Assembly: GCA_029938115.1 (NCBI GenBank)
Contig: JAPYOP010000004.1
Span: forward strand, 72,752 to 136,751
DNA length: 64,000 bases
Direction: 5' to 3'
Source of the DNA: Colwellia sp.
Lineage (GTDB): Bacteria > Pseudomonadota > Gammaproteobacteria > Enterobacterales > Alteromonadaceae
The notes beneath the pieces were generated by a model. It did not search any database, was not told the DNA's origin, and was given only the letters and a program-made list of their open reading frames with translations. Shown here one piece after another: positions 42,643 through 52,019 of this stretch (position 1 is the stretch's first letter; each line of letters begins with the position of its first letter). The translations under genes were made by a program, and so were the position numbers.

Positions 42643-45420
42643 TCAGCTTTTATTTGAATCTAATAATTTCCGAGCATTGGCTAATAATTCAAATGAAGTG
42701 TATGGTTTTGAGATTATCGGAATATCCTCAAAACGACCATGTGGAATATTAATCTCACCATCAAAGCCAGTAGCAAATAAAATGGGGATACTCAGATCTA
42801 AAGCCCTAATTTTTTCAACTAGTTGGTAACCATTTATTTTTGGCATAATCACATCACTAATGATCAAGTCGATACTTTGTTCTTTAAGGTAGGACAGTGC
42901 CCCCTCACCGGAGCTTGTTTGAAAAACGGTATAACCTTCATTTTCGAGAATGGTTTTTGCAAGTAACCCTAAGGCTAATTCATCGTCAACCACTAAAATT
43001 TTTTCTTTACATTTAAATGATATATATTTATTTATATAGGATAGATTTTTACTATTTTTAGATTTGCTTCTTGGTAAATAAATTTTAAACGAGGTACCAA
43101 TATTGACTTCTGAATAAACGTAAATCCCCCCCTGAGAAGAAGTAATAAAACCATAAACTTGTGATAAACCTAAACCGCTACCTTCATCGCCCTTAGTAGT
43201 GTAAAAAGGTTCAAATATCTGACGTTTCACTTCAGCATTCATTCCACAACCATTATCTGTGATGGATAAACAAATAAAATCTCCCGCGATTAAATTATAT
43301 CGATCCGCTTCAATAGCTGAAAGTGTGACGTTTTGAGTTGATATTGATAATAATCCACCATTAAACATGGCATGTTTGGCGTTAATACCTAAATTAAGGA
43401 TCACATCATCAAATGCATTTATGTCAACTTTAGTGCACCATAAATTGTCAGCTAAGGAATAATCCATAGTCACTAATGGCGTAAGTGTTTTTGCTAACAT
43501 TTCTTGAGTAGCCATTAATAAATAATTAATATTAATGACTTCACTTTTTTTCGGTTTTTGTTTTGAAAAAGTTAGTAGTTTACGAGTTAACTCGCAACCA
43601 CGATTACTCGCGGTAATAATTTGCTGACAGTATTTTAAAAGCTTAGGGTTTTGTTCTTGATCTAGCCCTAGTTCCAATAGTTCGCCAAAACCTGACACAA
43701 TACCCAATAAATTATTAAAATCATGAGCAATGCCACCGGTTAACTTTCCTAAAGCATCCATTTTTTGTATACGCTGCAACTTTTCTTGCTGTTCAGTATA
43801 AGTGCTTAAATCATGGCAAGTGCCAACATATCGAATATTATCATTGGCATCTGAAGAAAGTTCAGTAATGGATAAGCTGATTGGAAATTCTTGACCATTT
43901 CTTTTAAGAGCAATCACTTTCCGGCCAATACCTATAACTTTTGCTTTTTTAGTTTGTTGATAATCTTCTAGATAAGTATCATGCATAATTGCTATTGATT
44001 TTGGCATTAATAACTTAATATTTTGTCCTAAAAGCTCGGAGTCAGAATAACCAAACATTATTTCAGTTGCGGCATTTATACTTAAAATAATGCCTTTACT
44101 ATTGATGGTAATAACTGCATCAATTATTGCACTTAAAATCTCTCGTTTTTCTGTTTCTTTTTGAGCTAAAAGTTTTAGTTGCTGTCGCTCTTGGGTGACG
44201 TCTCTAACAATGGAAACAACACCTATAACTGTGCCACAATCATCTTTAATGAGTGAATTATGCCATTCCGTTATTATAATATCGCCATTTTGCATAATTA
44301 AGGAATGAACACTATGCTCCCCCCCTTCAATAATAAGTAAATCTTTCCATACTTTTTCAACTGTTTTTTGTTCATTAATAGGCACTAAGGTTGAAATAAA
44401 GTCGAGTTGTTTTAATTCATCTCCGGTATAGTTGAGCATTTTTATTGCAGATTGATTGCATTCGAGCAACTTAAAATCTGCATCCCATTTAAAAGACGCT
44501 AACGGTGCTTGTTCACTATACAATTTTAAACATTGTTGTGTTTCTTGATGAACCGTATGAAGGGCCAGATGTTTTAACTCGCTGGATATTTTGCCAGCAA
44601 AGATCTTTAAAATATCTTCCCAATATTTACTTTTATCAATATCTTTGGTAAATAATAAAATTAATCCACCAATCACTTTTTTATTAACATCGAATATAGG
44701 CACCCCGATGTAACTTTGAATATGTTGTTCTACAAAAAATACATCTTTTGGAAATAGCGTTTGAATATCTTGATGAAAATAACAAATGCTATCATTGGTG
44801 ATATTGATATTATTTACAATATCGTCACATGGGGTACCTTTAAGCTCATAAGTAATATTTTCAATTATTTGCATATCGCAGCAATAGGCCACTGTTTTCA
44901 TTTTCAGGCCATCACCAAAGTTATTCAAGCCAATAAGAACTTTGTCTGCTCCAAATAATTCAGCAATTTTTAACGCGACATTGTTAAAGAAATTGGCGTT
45001 ATCAGCCGTGAAAATTAAGTTAGCGGTCTCTGAGATACTTCTAATTAAAGAATGCTGTTCGGTTACATCATTCATTGAAATGGTAATAAGTCTTTTAGAA
45101 TTATATTTAAATTCAGATATATCGTAACTAATCGTTAATTCATTGCCCTGATGATTTTTGAGTTGAACAAGATGATTTTTGAGTGTTTTTTTATCATTTA
45201 AACTATCAATAATAAATGAAAAGTTATCTTTACCTAGCCATGTACAGTCTTCAAATACATTTTTAGCCATCAAACGATCTTTACTATCACTTAACATATA
45301 ACAGGCTGTTTGATTAATTTCTTCTCGCATACCTGTATCTAAATCAATAATTTGTATACCTATGGGACTAGAGTGAAATGCAGTCGACACTAAACTGTCG
45401 CTTTCATATGATTTAGACAC
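42643..45420 (-). CDS. PAS/GAF hybrid histidine kinase with C-terminal receiver
   Basis: PAS, GAF (GTPC..SYIGVPI), FixL-like PAS (LMP..HD.YL..Y..VIGIGR), HDFNN, GSGLGL, REC. Start taken at GTG 45420. Confidence 0.88.
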   Translation of the reverse strand: MSKSYESDSLVSTAFHSSPIGIQIIDLDTGMREEINQTACYMLSDSKDRLMAKNVFEDCTWLGKDNFSFIIDSLNDKKTLKNHLVQLKNHQGNELTISYDISEFKYNSKRLITISMNDVTEQHSLIRSISETANLIFTADNANFFNNVALKIAELFGADKVLIGLNNFGDGLKMKTVAYCCDMQIIENITYELKGTPCDDIVNNINITNDSICYFHQDIQTLFPKDVFFVEQHIQSYIGVPIFDVNKKVIGGLILLFTKDIDKSKYWEDILKIFAGKISSELKHLALHTVHQETQQCLKLYSEQAPLASFKWDADFKLLECNQSAIKMLNYTGDELKQLDFISTLVPINEQKTVEKVWKDLLIIEGGEHSVHSLIMQNGDIIITEWHNSLIKDDCGTVIGVVSIVRDVTQERQQLKLLAQKETEKREILSAIIDAVITINSKGIILSINAATEIMFGYSDSELLGQNIKLLMPKSIAIMHDTYLEDYQQTKKAKVIGIGRKVIALKRNGQEFPISLSITELSSDANDNIRYVGTCHDLSTYTEQQEKLQRIQKMDALGKLTGGIAHDFNNLLGIVSGFGELLELGLDQEQNPKLLKYCQQIITASNRGCELTRKLLTFSKQKPKKSEVININYLLMATQEMLAKTLTPLVTMDYSLADNLWCTKVDINAFDDVILNLGINAKHAMFNGGLLSISTQNVTLSAIEADRYNLIAGDFICLSITDNGCGMNAEVKRQIFEPFYTTKGDEGSGLGLSQVYGFITSSQGGIYVYSEVNIGTSFKIYLPRSKSKNSKNLSYINKYISFKCKEKILVVDDELALGLLAKTILENEGYTVFQTSSGEGALSYLKEQSIDLIISDVIMPKINGYQLVEKIRALDLSIPILFATGFDGEINIPHGRFEDIPIISKPYTSFELLANARKLLDSNKS

Positions 45421-45661
45421 TGGTTTCCCTCTTAACTTGAGAAGTATTACAAACACAAAAATGAATTGTAAACGCTCAAAACAAAAAGTACAATCGATAA
45501 ATTCGATATAATTAAGCGTTTTAAAAGCAATAAAGTAAAAAACTCTGATAGATTTAACCTAAATCAATAATTAATATTAAGATACGTGCTATAAAGTTAG
45601 CTCTTATTTATTAAAGGTTATTACTGCCTAATTATATTGATACTTTTTTGAGAATTAAAAA

Positions 45662-46219
45662 TTGAATAATCCAGAAAAATTACTTACTCCAGGCCAAGTT
45701 GGGAAACTGCTAAGCGTATCACCGATAACTGTTCGGTTTTGGGCTAAAGAGGGTCGTTTAAAGTTTATTACAACCCCTGGAGGTCATCGTCGATTTGAAC
45801 GCACTGAAATAGAGAAATTAATTAAAGGTAAACTAGTTGCTAAAAAAGAGAAAACTATCGTTATCGTAGAAGATGACGAACAACATGCCGAATTATTAGT
45901 TGAATTTATTGAAGTCTTATATCCCAAGTACGAGGTTAAAGTTGCCTACAGTGGTTTTGAAGCGGGCAGTGTGATAGAGATCCTCAAACCAAACCTTATT
46001 TTTCTAGATTTAGTTATGCCTGATATTGATGGTTTAGCCGTTTGTAAACATATCAGATCAAATGACGCCACTAAAAACATTCCCATTATCGCGATGTCAG
46101 GCCTTTCTCGACAAGAAAATATAGATGAGGTTATTTCATCAGGCGCTAATCAGTTTTTAACTAAACCAATAAAATTATCGGTATTAAAACGAGCAGTAGA
46201 CTCTTTAATAGTAGATTAA
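45662..46219 (+). CDS. Response regulator with N-terminal MerR/excisionase-type (BldC-like) HTH
   Basis: LLTPGQVGKLLSVSPITVRFWAKEGRL..TPGGHRRF, followed by a receiver (VEDD, LDLVMP, KP). Confidence 0.88.
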   Translation: MNNPEKLLTPGQVGKLLSVSPITVRFWAKEGRLKFITTPGGHRRFERTEIEKLIKGKLVAKKEKTIVIVEDDEQHAELLVEFIEVLYPKYEVKVAYSGFEAGSVIEILKPNLIFLDLVMPDIDGLAVCKHIRSNDATKNIPIIAMSGLSRQENIDEVISSGANQFLTKPIKLSVLKRAVDSLIVD

Positions 46220-46427
46220 CTTAATAAAGGGTTCATTTAGAAACTGGCTTCTATTTAAGCGCTGACAACTCTAAACATCCATTCAGGGTGAAAGCAATAC
46301 ATTTGGCTAAGTTTGCAGTCAACGAAAAGGATTTTAATAGCTTTAGAATCGTCGTGTATATATCAAAATCCGGGTAGAAATTTTGATGACCCCCGCTGAA
46401 ACAAGTAATTGCTCCGGAGCTTTACGC

Positions 46428-47282
46428 TCAAACGACCAGTACGGGTATGCCAGCCAATGCCCAATCAAAAAACACCGCGCTCATCACAACGAGGAAAATA
46501 GTTACTAATGAGACTATAGTCCGTGGTGACCATTTCAGTTTGTCTAGCGCAAGGCCGAGCAAGGGCAATATTTGCATCATGTGGGTCGCAATAAAATGTG
46601 GAATGCGTAAATCACCCACTTCGCGTGACCAGCCCACAACAGGGATTTTCACATGATTAATAACGTCTCCCACTAAATGAGAATGTGCAGGGGCGCGTGC
46701 CATTGTCATCGCATAAATTAGCGTTAATACCGAGCCTATGGTTAACCCTAAGATAGAGCCAAGTCGCAAGCCTGGTAGAGTCTTCTCGCCATATTTATAA
46801 ATCAATAAACCCAGTACAAAAGACACCAAAATAAGATTCACTGCGCCAACCCCCATTAAACCATACATTATCGATTCAAAATCCGTTGAACCATTGTAAT
46901 GAGAAGCCCTGCCACGGGCGGCTTGCACGCTAATATAGAGCTGTTCGAACAACATTGAAGCCACCGCTAAATAAGTAAATGCCATCAAAATAACTCCCGT
47001 GCGGCGCTGGCGATCCAACTGCTGAGCTAGCAGCGCTAGCGTTAGAAAATGTATTCCTAACGACAGAGAGAACTTAATCGGTTTTGCCCATATCGGTGAA
47101 AAATTTAACACGCGTGCATCGAAATAATAAGCGGGTAACATCAGCAAGGTCAGTGCAAATAAAAACAAGCACGACATGGTAAGTACTCGAGTAATATAAT
47201 CATTATCCAATCGCTGACTAAACCTAATGAATGACACTGGCGCCTGATGTTGTTGCTGATTGCCAAATAGCTTAGTAAGCAT
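46428..47282 (-). CDS. Multi-TM hypothetical membrane protein
   Basis: ~7 hydrophobic segments, WAKPIKF, QAARG..SHYN, GDLRIPHF..H. Overlaps the ABA4-like gene. Confidence 0.75.
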   Translation of the reverse strand: MLTKLFGNQQQHQAPVSFIRFSQRLDNDYITRVLTMSCLFLFALTLLMLPAYYFDARVLNFSPIWAKPIKFSLSLGIHFLTLALLAQQLDRQRRTGVILMAFTYLAVASMLFEQLYISVQAARGRASHYNGSTDFESIMYGLMGVGAVNLILVSFVLGLLIYKYGEKTLPGLRLGSILGLTIGSVLTLIYAMTMARAPAHSHLVGDVINHVKIPVVGWSREVGDLRIPHFIATHMMQILPLLGLALDKLKWSPRTIVSLVTIFLVVMSAVFFDWALAGIPVLVV

Positions 47283-47724
47283 GATGATTCTCCTCTGATT
47301 GAACCGGCATTGGTTGCGTCATAATTGCACGCATCAACAAAAAGAGTCCTAGCCCTAAGGGGCCAAACATAAAGGTTGCTATTAATATAGGGGCTTGAAG
47401 CAGTCGGGATAGTCTAATTTCGTCGGCATGACGGGCTATCCAACTACCAACAAACAAATCGAAGGCCAAATAATGAACCCAACCAGCTAATAAAACAGCG
47501 TCATTTTCAAATAGTACTCTAACCGAAGCAAGCGAACTATACCCACCGTCACTACTAAAAAAGTGAGTGAGAATTAAGCCGCTATAAAGCGCACTAAGCC
47601 CTAAAGGCAACAAGTATTGAGCAATAAATATCAACGCTTTATTGCGCGGCAACAGCACCAAAATAAGCCAACCGCATAATGCGGATTGCCCCGCCCAACC
47701 AAATAACTGTTCTACTTCCATCAT
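47272..47724 (-). CDS. ABA4-like (DUF4281) membrane protein
   Basis: GW.HYLAFDLFVG.W and MFGPLG motifs. Confidence 0.82.
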   Translation of the reverse strand: MMEVEQLFGWAGQSALCGWLILVLLPRNKALIFIAQYLLPLGLSALYSGLILTHFFSSDGGYSSLASVRVLFENDAVLLAGWVHYLAFDLFVGSWIARHADEIRLSRLLQAPILIATFMFGPLGLGLFLLMRAIMTQPMPVQSEENHHAY

Positions 47725-47792
47725 CTTTATATCTCTTTTCATAAGTGTTATTAACTAAGAAACAGGATTTAATCAGCAGCGATGGCTACATT

Positions 47793-47828
47793 CGTCCAAA
47801 TAGGACTACTTAGACGTACAAATCGGAC
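47793..47828. promoter_or_regulatory. Tandem GTCC-N5-GGAC sites, candidate operator of the adjacent AraC regulator
   Basis: CGTCCAAATAGGAC (47793) and CGTACAAATCGGAC (47815), 22 nt apart. A third variant, GTCC-N5-GAAC, lies at 49123-49135. Confidence 0.55.
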
Positions 47829-47889
47829 GATTAGCACTTAGATGGTCGATAATTTAGCTGTCAGGAAAACAAAGTGGCGTAAGAAGATA

Positions 47890-49044
47890 TTATTGCACTA
47901 AGGTATGGCGGTACTGGCTTGGAGTCTGATTAATGAATTGTTTAAAGACGGCATTAAAGGTACTTTTTGAGGAAAACCCTGCTGTCATTGCCAAATCGAT
48001 AATTTTTATGTTTTGATCATGTTTTAGCCGCTGACAAACAAAATTTATTCGATACTCGTTTACAAATTGGTAAAAATTTTTGCCTTGATGTTGGTTCAAT
48101 ACTTCTGATAAATGATGAGTACTAATACCAACGATGTCTGCCAAACGGGTTAAGGTCAGTTGACTATCGAGATATGGCTGCTCAGTTTTCATTTTTTCGA
48201 TAATAACAGTTAAGAGGCTTTTTCTTATTTCTGGATCTAATGCGCCACCCTGTTCACTAGTACGTTCTTCACAAGACTCTGTGCTTCTGGCTGTGACAAG
48301 GTCAGTTTCTGCTTCTTGCTCGGGTTCGCTTGTTGCTAATTGCGCAATTTTAAATAAGGTTGGATTTCGCCACTGCGCCATAGCAATACTGTAAATAAAA
48401 ACAATGATCAGCACATCGCCAACAATAGATAAAGAATAGAATTCAGAGGCAAATCCATCCGCGGTTTTTAGTATCCAAATGACCAGATCTAACAACAGCA
48501 ATTTCCATAACCAAGTGAACATTTCAGGATTAAAATTTGATAATGTCTGATTCGCTTTGCGCTGAAAGCGTCGAACCATTGTCATGCTCAAACCAATGTA
48601 TATAAATGATTGCAATGTTAAAATTACTTGTCCGGCAATAATCGGAGTTAAGTTACTCGGTCCGTGCAAAATTGCCTCAAGCTTTATTTCAGGTGATGAT
48701 AAAAAAAGCTCAATATTAAGCAGATAACAGAGTATAAAAGGCGAAAAATGTAGTAAGTCTTTAAGTGCAAAGGGTCTATCGATGACCGCGTGGCGGCAAT
48801 AAAGATAAATAAACGCACCATAACTGGCCGGCAGAAATTGGTGTAGCCCAATTAACGCGGAAAATGCGTTGAGTTCACCATTAATGTAAATAAAAGGACC
48901 AAGAAAATTCAAACCTAAGAACAGACACCATGTGCCCAAAATACGGCTAGCGGTGGAGTTTTGAGGGCCCCATATCAACAAGCCCGCGAGCACAAAGCCT
49001 TGAAATACACCTATCACATGTAAATACTGCATTAAAATAGACAT
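47890..49044 (-). CDS. Membrane-bound AraC-family regulator
   Basis: ~7 N-terminal TMs. C-terminal YLDSQLTL..LSEVLN..NFYQFVNEYR..GFSSKSTFN..FK..TPSQYR. Confidence 0.9.
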   Translation of the reverse strand: MSILMQYLHVIGVFQGFVLAGLLIWGPQNSTASRILGTWCLFLGLNFLGPFIYINGELNAFSALIGLHQFLPASYGAFIYLYCRHAVIDRPFALKDLLHFSPFILCYLLNIELFLSSPEIKLEAILHGPSNLTPIIAGQVILTLQSFIYIGLSMTMVRRFQRKANQTLSNFNPEMFTWLWKLLLLDLVIWILKTADGFASEFYSLSIVGDVLIIVFIYSIAMAQWRNPTLFKIAQLATSEPEQEAETDLVTARSTESCEERTSEQGGALDPEIRKSLLTVIIEKMKTEQPYLDSQLTLTRLADIVGISTHHLSEVLNQHQGKNFYQFVNEYRINFVCQRLKHDQNIKIIDLAMTAGFSSKSTFNAVFKQFINQTPSQYRHTLVQ

Positions 49045-49365
49045 ATATACGCTTAACTTTCCTATATTTGGCCAAGTAGCTAACGATAACAGCAGCAATT
49101 ATATATGAAAAGTAAAACTTTAGTCCTAACGGAACTAAGCTCATTTAAGGGCTGTATCTGTTGTTACTGCTATGTGTTTCATATCAGATAGTCGCTAACA
49201 CCAGCAGTTAATGTTTATTTAATTTCAAATAATTGTTATGAAATCACCCCTTTATCGCATTTTATTGCTGGCGATGTTTTTAGTCTACTTGTACAGTGGT
49301 TATTGCTGTTGCAAAAGACACTGGCGGCACAATGTCTCAGGGGAAGGTTGCTGTTGATAAAGCCA

Positions 49366-49431
49366 AAGGTGGCGGTAAAAATACCTGTTTCAAAAGCTGG
49401 TAAATCATTGAAAGACATGATTAATACTTAG
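49366..49431 (+). pseudogene. 3' remnant of an HU (hup) gene
   Basis: Reads KVAVKIPVSKAGKSLKDMINT*, like the HU C-terminus (AAKVP.FKAGKALKDAVN). Same position relative to the rimO terminator as the HU pseudogene at 59023. Confidence 0.6.
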
Positions 49432-49445
49432 ACCGATATTATTTT

Positions 49446-49482
49446 AAAGGTGAGCATTTTAATTATTCCTCTGCTCACCTTT
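49446..49482. terminator. Bidirectional terminator downstream of the truncated rimO copy
   Basis: AAAGGTGAGCA ... TGCTCACCTTT hairpin. Confidence 0.75.
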
Positions 49483-49528
49483 TCCACAAATGAATCATAA
49501 ATTAAAAACTAAAACTAAAACTAAAGAA

Positions 49529-50827
49529 TTAATCCTCTTCATCTTCAACACGAACGCCCCAAACATCATGTTCATCGGCATGAATAATTTGTACCCAAAT
49601 TTGGTCGCCAGGTTTAGCATCGAAATCATCAGACAAATAAACTTTGCCATCAACTTCGGGGGCATCCATATAAGAGCGCCCTACTGCGCCAAGAGAATTG
49701 ACTTCATCAATTAAGATTAAATACTCTTGACCAATGCGAGCTTGTAATTTGTCGCTACTAATTTTTGCTTGTACAGCCATAAAGCGTTGTAGCCTGCCTT
49801 CCATCACTTCATCTGGAACATGATCCGGTAATGCGTTTGCCGTAGCGCCTTCAACAGGCGAATATTTAAAGCAACCTACGCGATCTAATTGTGCCTCTTC
49901 TAGAAATACCAATAGTTCTTCAAACTCTTCTTCAGTTTCTCCCGGAAAACCAACAATAAATGTTGAACGAATAACTAGCTCAGGGCAAATCTCACGCCAT
50001 TTAGCAATACGCTCTAACACACGGTCTGAGCTACCAGGACGTTTCATTAGTTTCAAAATACGTTTATTGGCATGCTGAAAAGGAATATCTAAATACGGCA
50101 GTATTTTTCCTTCTGCCATAAGAGGTATGATTTTATCAACATGTGGATAAGGGTAAACATAATGCAAACGAATCCAAACGCCCTGCTTGGCTAATTCTTC
50201 ACAAAGTTGCTGCATATGCGTTTTAACGGGCATACCATCCCAAAAGTCAGTTTTGTGTTTAACATCAACGCCGTATGCAGACGTGTCTTGAGAAATAACC
50301 AGCAACTCTTTAACGCCAGCATCAACTAAGCGCTTTGCTTCACCCAGTACATCACCCACAGGACGAGAGTCTAAATCGCCACGCATTGACGGGATTATGC
50401 AGAAGGTACAACGGTGATTACAGCCTTCTGATATTTTTAAATAGGCATAATGCTTAGGGGTAAGTTTAACCCCCTGTGGAGGTACTAAATCAATAAATGG
50501 ATTATGTACTGGCTTAGCAACATGCTTATGTACTTGTGTTAATACCTCATCATAAGCATGAGGACCTGTAACCCCAAGAACATTAGGATGAAGTTCGATA
50601 ATTTCATCTTTTTTAACACCTAAACAACCGGTAACCAACACCTTGCCATTTGCTGCTAACGCTTCACCTATGGTATCAAGTGATTCTTGTACCGCTGAAT
50701 CAATGAAACCACAGGTATTAACAATCACTAACTCAGCATCATCGTAGCTATTGGTTACATCATAGCCTTCAGTACGAAGTTGAGTAAGAATGCGTTCAGA
50801 ATCAACAAGATTCTTCGGGCAACCTAG
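49529..50827 (-). pseudogene. rimO: 5'-truncated second copy of rimO
   Basis: 11 aa differences from 59405-60859. Homology begins at LGCPKN. In-frame TAG at 50839-50837, and no start codon before GTG 50728, so the first cluster Cys cannot be translated by normal initiation. Confidence 0.88.
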
Positions 50828-51298
50828 GTTGTTTACCTAAGCCCTATCTTTAACCCTGTAACAGAGCTAAAACTACCATATACTCTTTTCATATTAACGT
50901 TAATTTGCTCGAAAAATGTGTTCAACAATTTACACTTCAAGGTCATTCTAGCAACCTCAAATGAAGTCTCCTGATAAGTAAGGGCAGGCGTTATTAATTC
51001 AAACTAGGCATAGAGTCATCTCATTTAATTGAACTTTTAATAGTGCACGTATTCATTTCTTGTATTAGATACAACGGACAAAACACCTTATCCCAGTTAG
51101 CAAAAGGACGGTACTTTGCTAGCTCCAAACAGTTTGAGAAACAACAGAAACAAGAGGTAACAAATTAATATCGACTCCACTTTCTTATTCCTTAGGTAAT
51201 GATAAAGCCAATAAGTATAAAAATATAATTTTTTGTTCCTAATTTAACCATAAGCACATTTTCATCATTGTATGACGTGATATTGTCATTTATATTAG

Positions 51299-52009
51299 AT
51301 GTTATTATTTCCTATAACGCCAGTTGCTTACGTGATGCCTCAATTGTTATTTTATTTAAAAGCTTTAATGCTCGCTTACTTATATTTTTTGCTCTTTAGT
51401 TCAAATGCTGCCAATGCTAATTCATCGCTAAAATTATCTGATATTAAAGATGAGAACCTCGCGTCATGTATTTTAAAAAACGCGACGAAAATGCATTTAG
51501 AAATTGTAGAAGAGTTAACCCATTTAAAATGTCACGGCATGAACATCACTAATTTGGAAGGGCTAGAGATGTTGATAAATTTAGAGAAACTATCTCTATT
51601 CAATAACAGCCTAACTCATGCCGACCTTCGACCCTTTAAAAAACTCAAACATTTGAATGTTGCAAATAATAAGCTGGTAAACATCAATATTGTCGGTTTA
51701 TTACATTTAGAAAGTTTATACCTATTTAAAAACAAACTCGTTACGGTTGACTTTAAAGGCTTGAGTCAGCTCAAAAAAATTCGTATAACAAATAACAAGT
51801 TAAAAATACTAGATATTTCTGCACTGCTATCTCTTGAGAAAGCTTACTTTTTTGATAACAAACTTGAAGAGCTGGTTGTTGCAGGTCTGCCTAATATTAA
51901 ATTTATTGAATTAAGACAAAACCCCATGCCCGATGAGGTTTATGATAGGTACGATGCATTAGAGGGCATTACTATTATACATGATGGTAATGCCGATGAT
52001 TGGAAGTAA
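51299..52009 (+). CDS. Exported leucine-rich repeat protein
   Basis: Repeated LxxLxLxxNxL units (LEKLSLFNNSL, LKHLNVANNKL, LESLYLFKNKL). Signal peptide. Start uncertain (51299/51335/51368). Confidence 0.85.
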   Translation: MLLFPITPVAYVMPQLLFYLKALMLAYLYFLLFSSNAANANSSLKLSDIKDENLASCILKNATKMHLEIVEELTHLKCHGMNITNLEGLEMLINLEKLSLFNNSLTHADLRPFKKLKHLNVANNKLVNINIVGLLHLESLYLFKNKLVTVDFKGLSQLKKIRITNNKLKILDISALLSLEKAYFFDNKLEELVVAGLPNIKFIELRQNPMPDEVYDRYDALEGITIIHDGNADDWK

Positions 52010-52019
52010 ATCTATCGTC

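Larger units (their letters stand above)
49431..50827. repeat. Diverged ~1.4-kb direct repeat, left copy (partner 59313-60703)
   Basis: Covers the terminator region and rimO body. Sampled 187 nt (50641-50827) had 23 mismatches, all synonymous. Confidence 0.92.

Noticed and set aside
45662..46219. Excisionase-like HTH as evidence of a prophage or ICE
   Set aside because: It is fused to a receiver domain, a known regulator architecture, and there are no phage or integrase genes nearby.
46285..46330. Possible third HU relic (GE...FG./FAVNEK across a frameshift)
   Set aside because: Needs indels and the identity is too low to support by eye.
49288..49403. Alternative frame resembling a GGDEF C-terminus (..AVDKAKGGGKNTCF)
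   Set aside because: Only a few residues match, and it overlaps the better-supported HU remnant.
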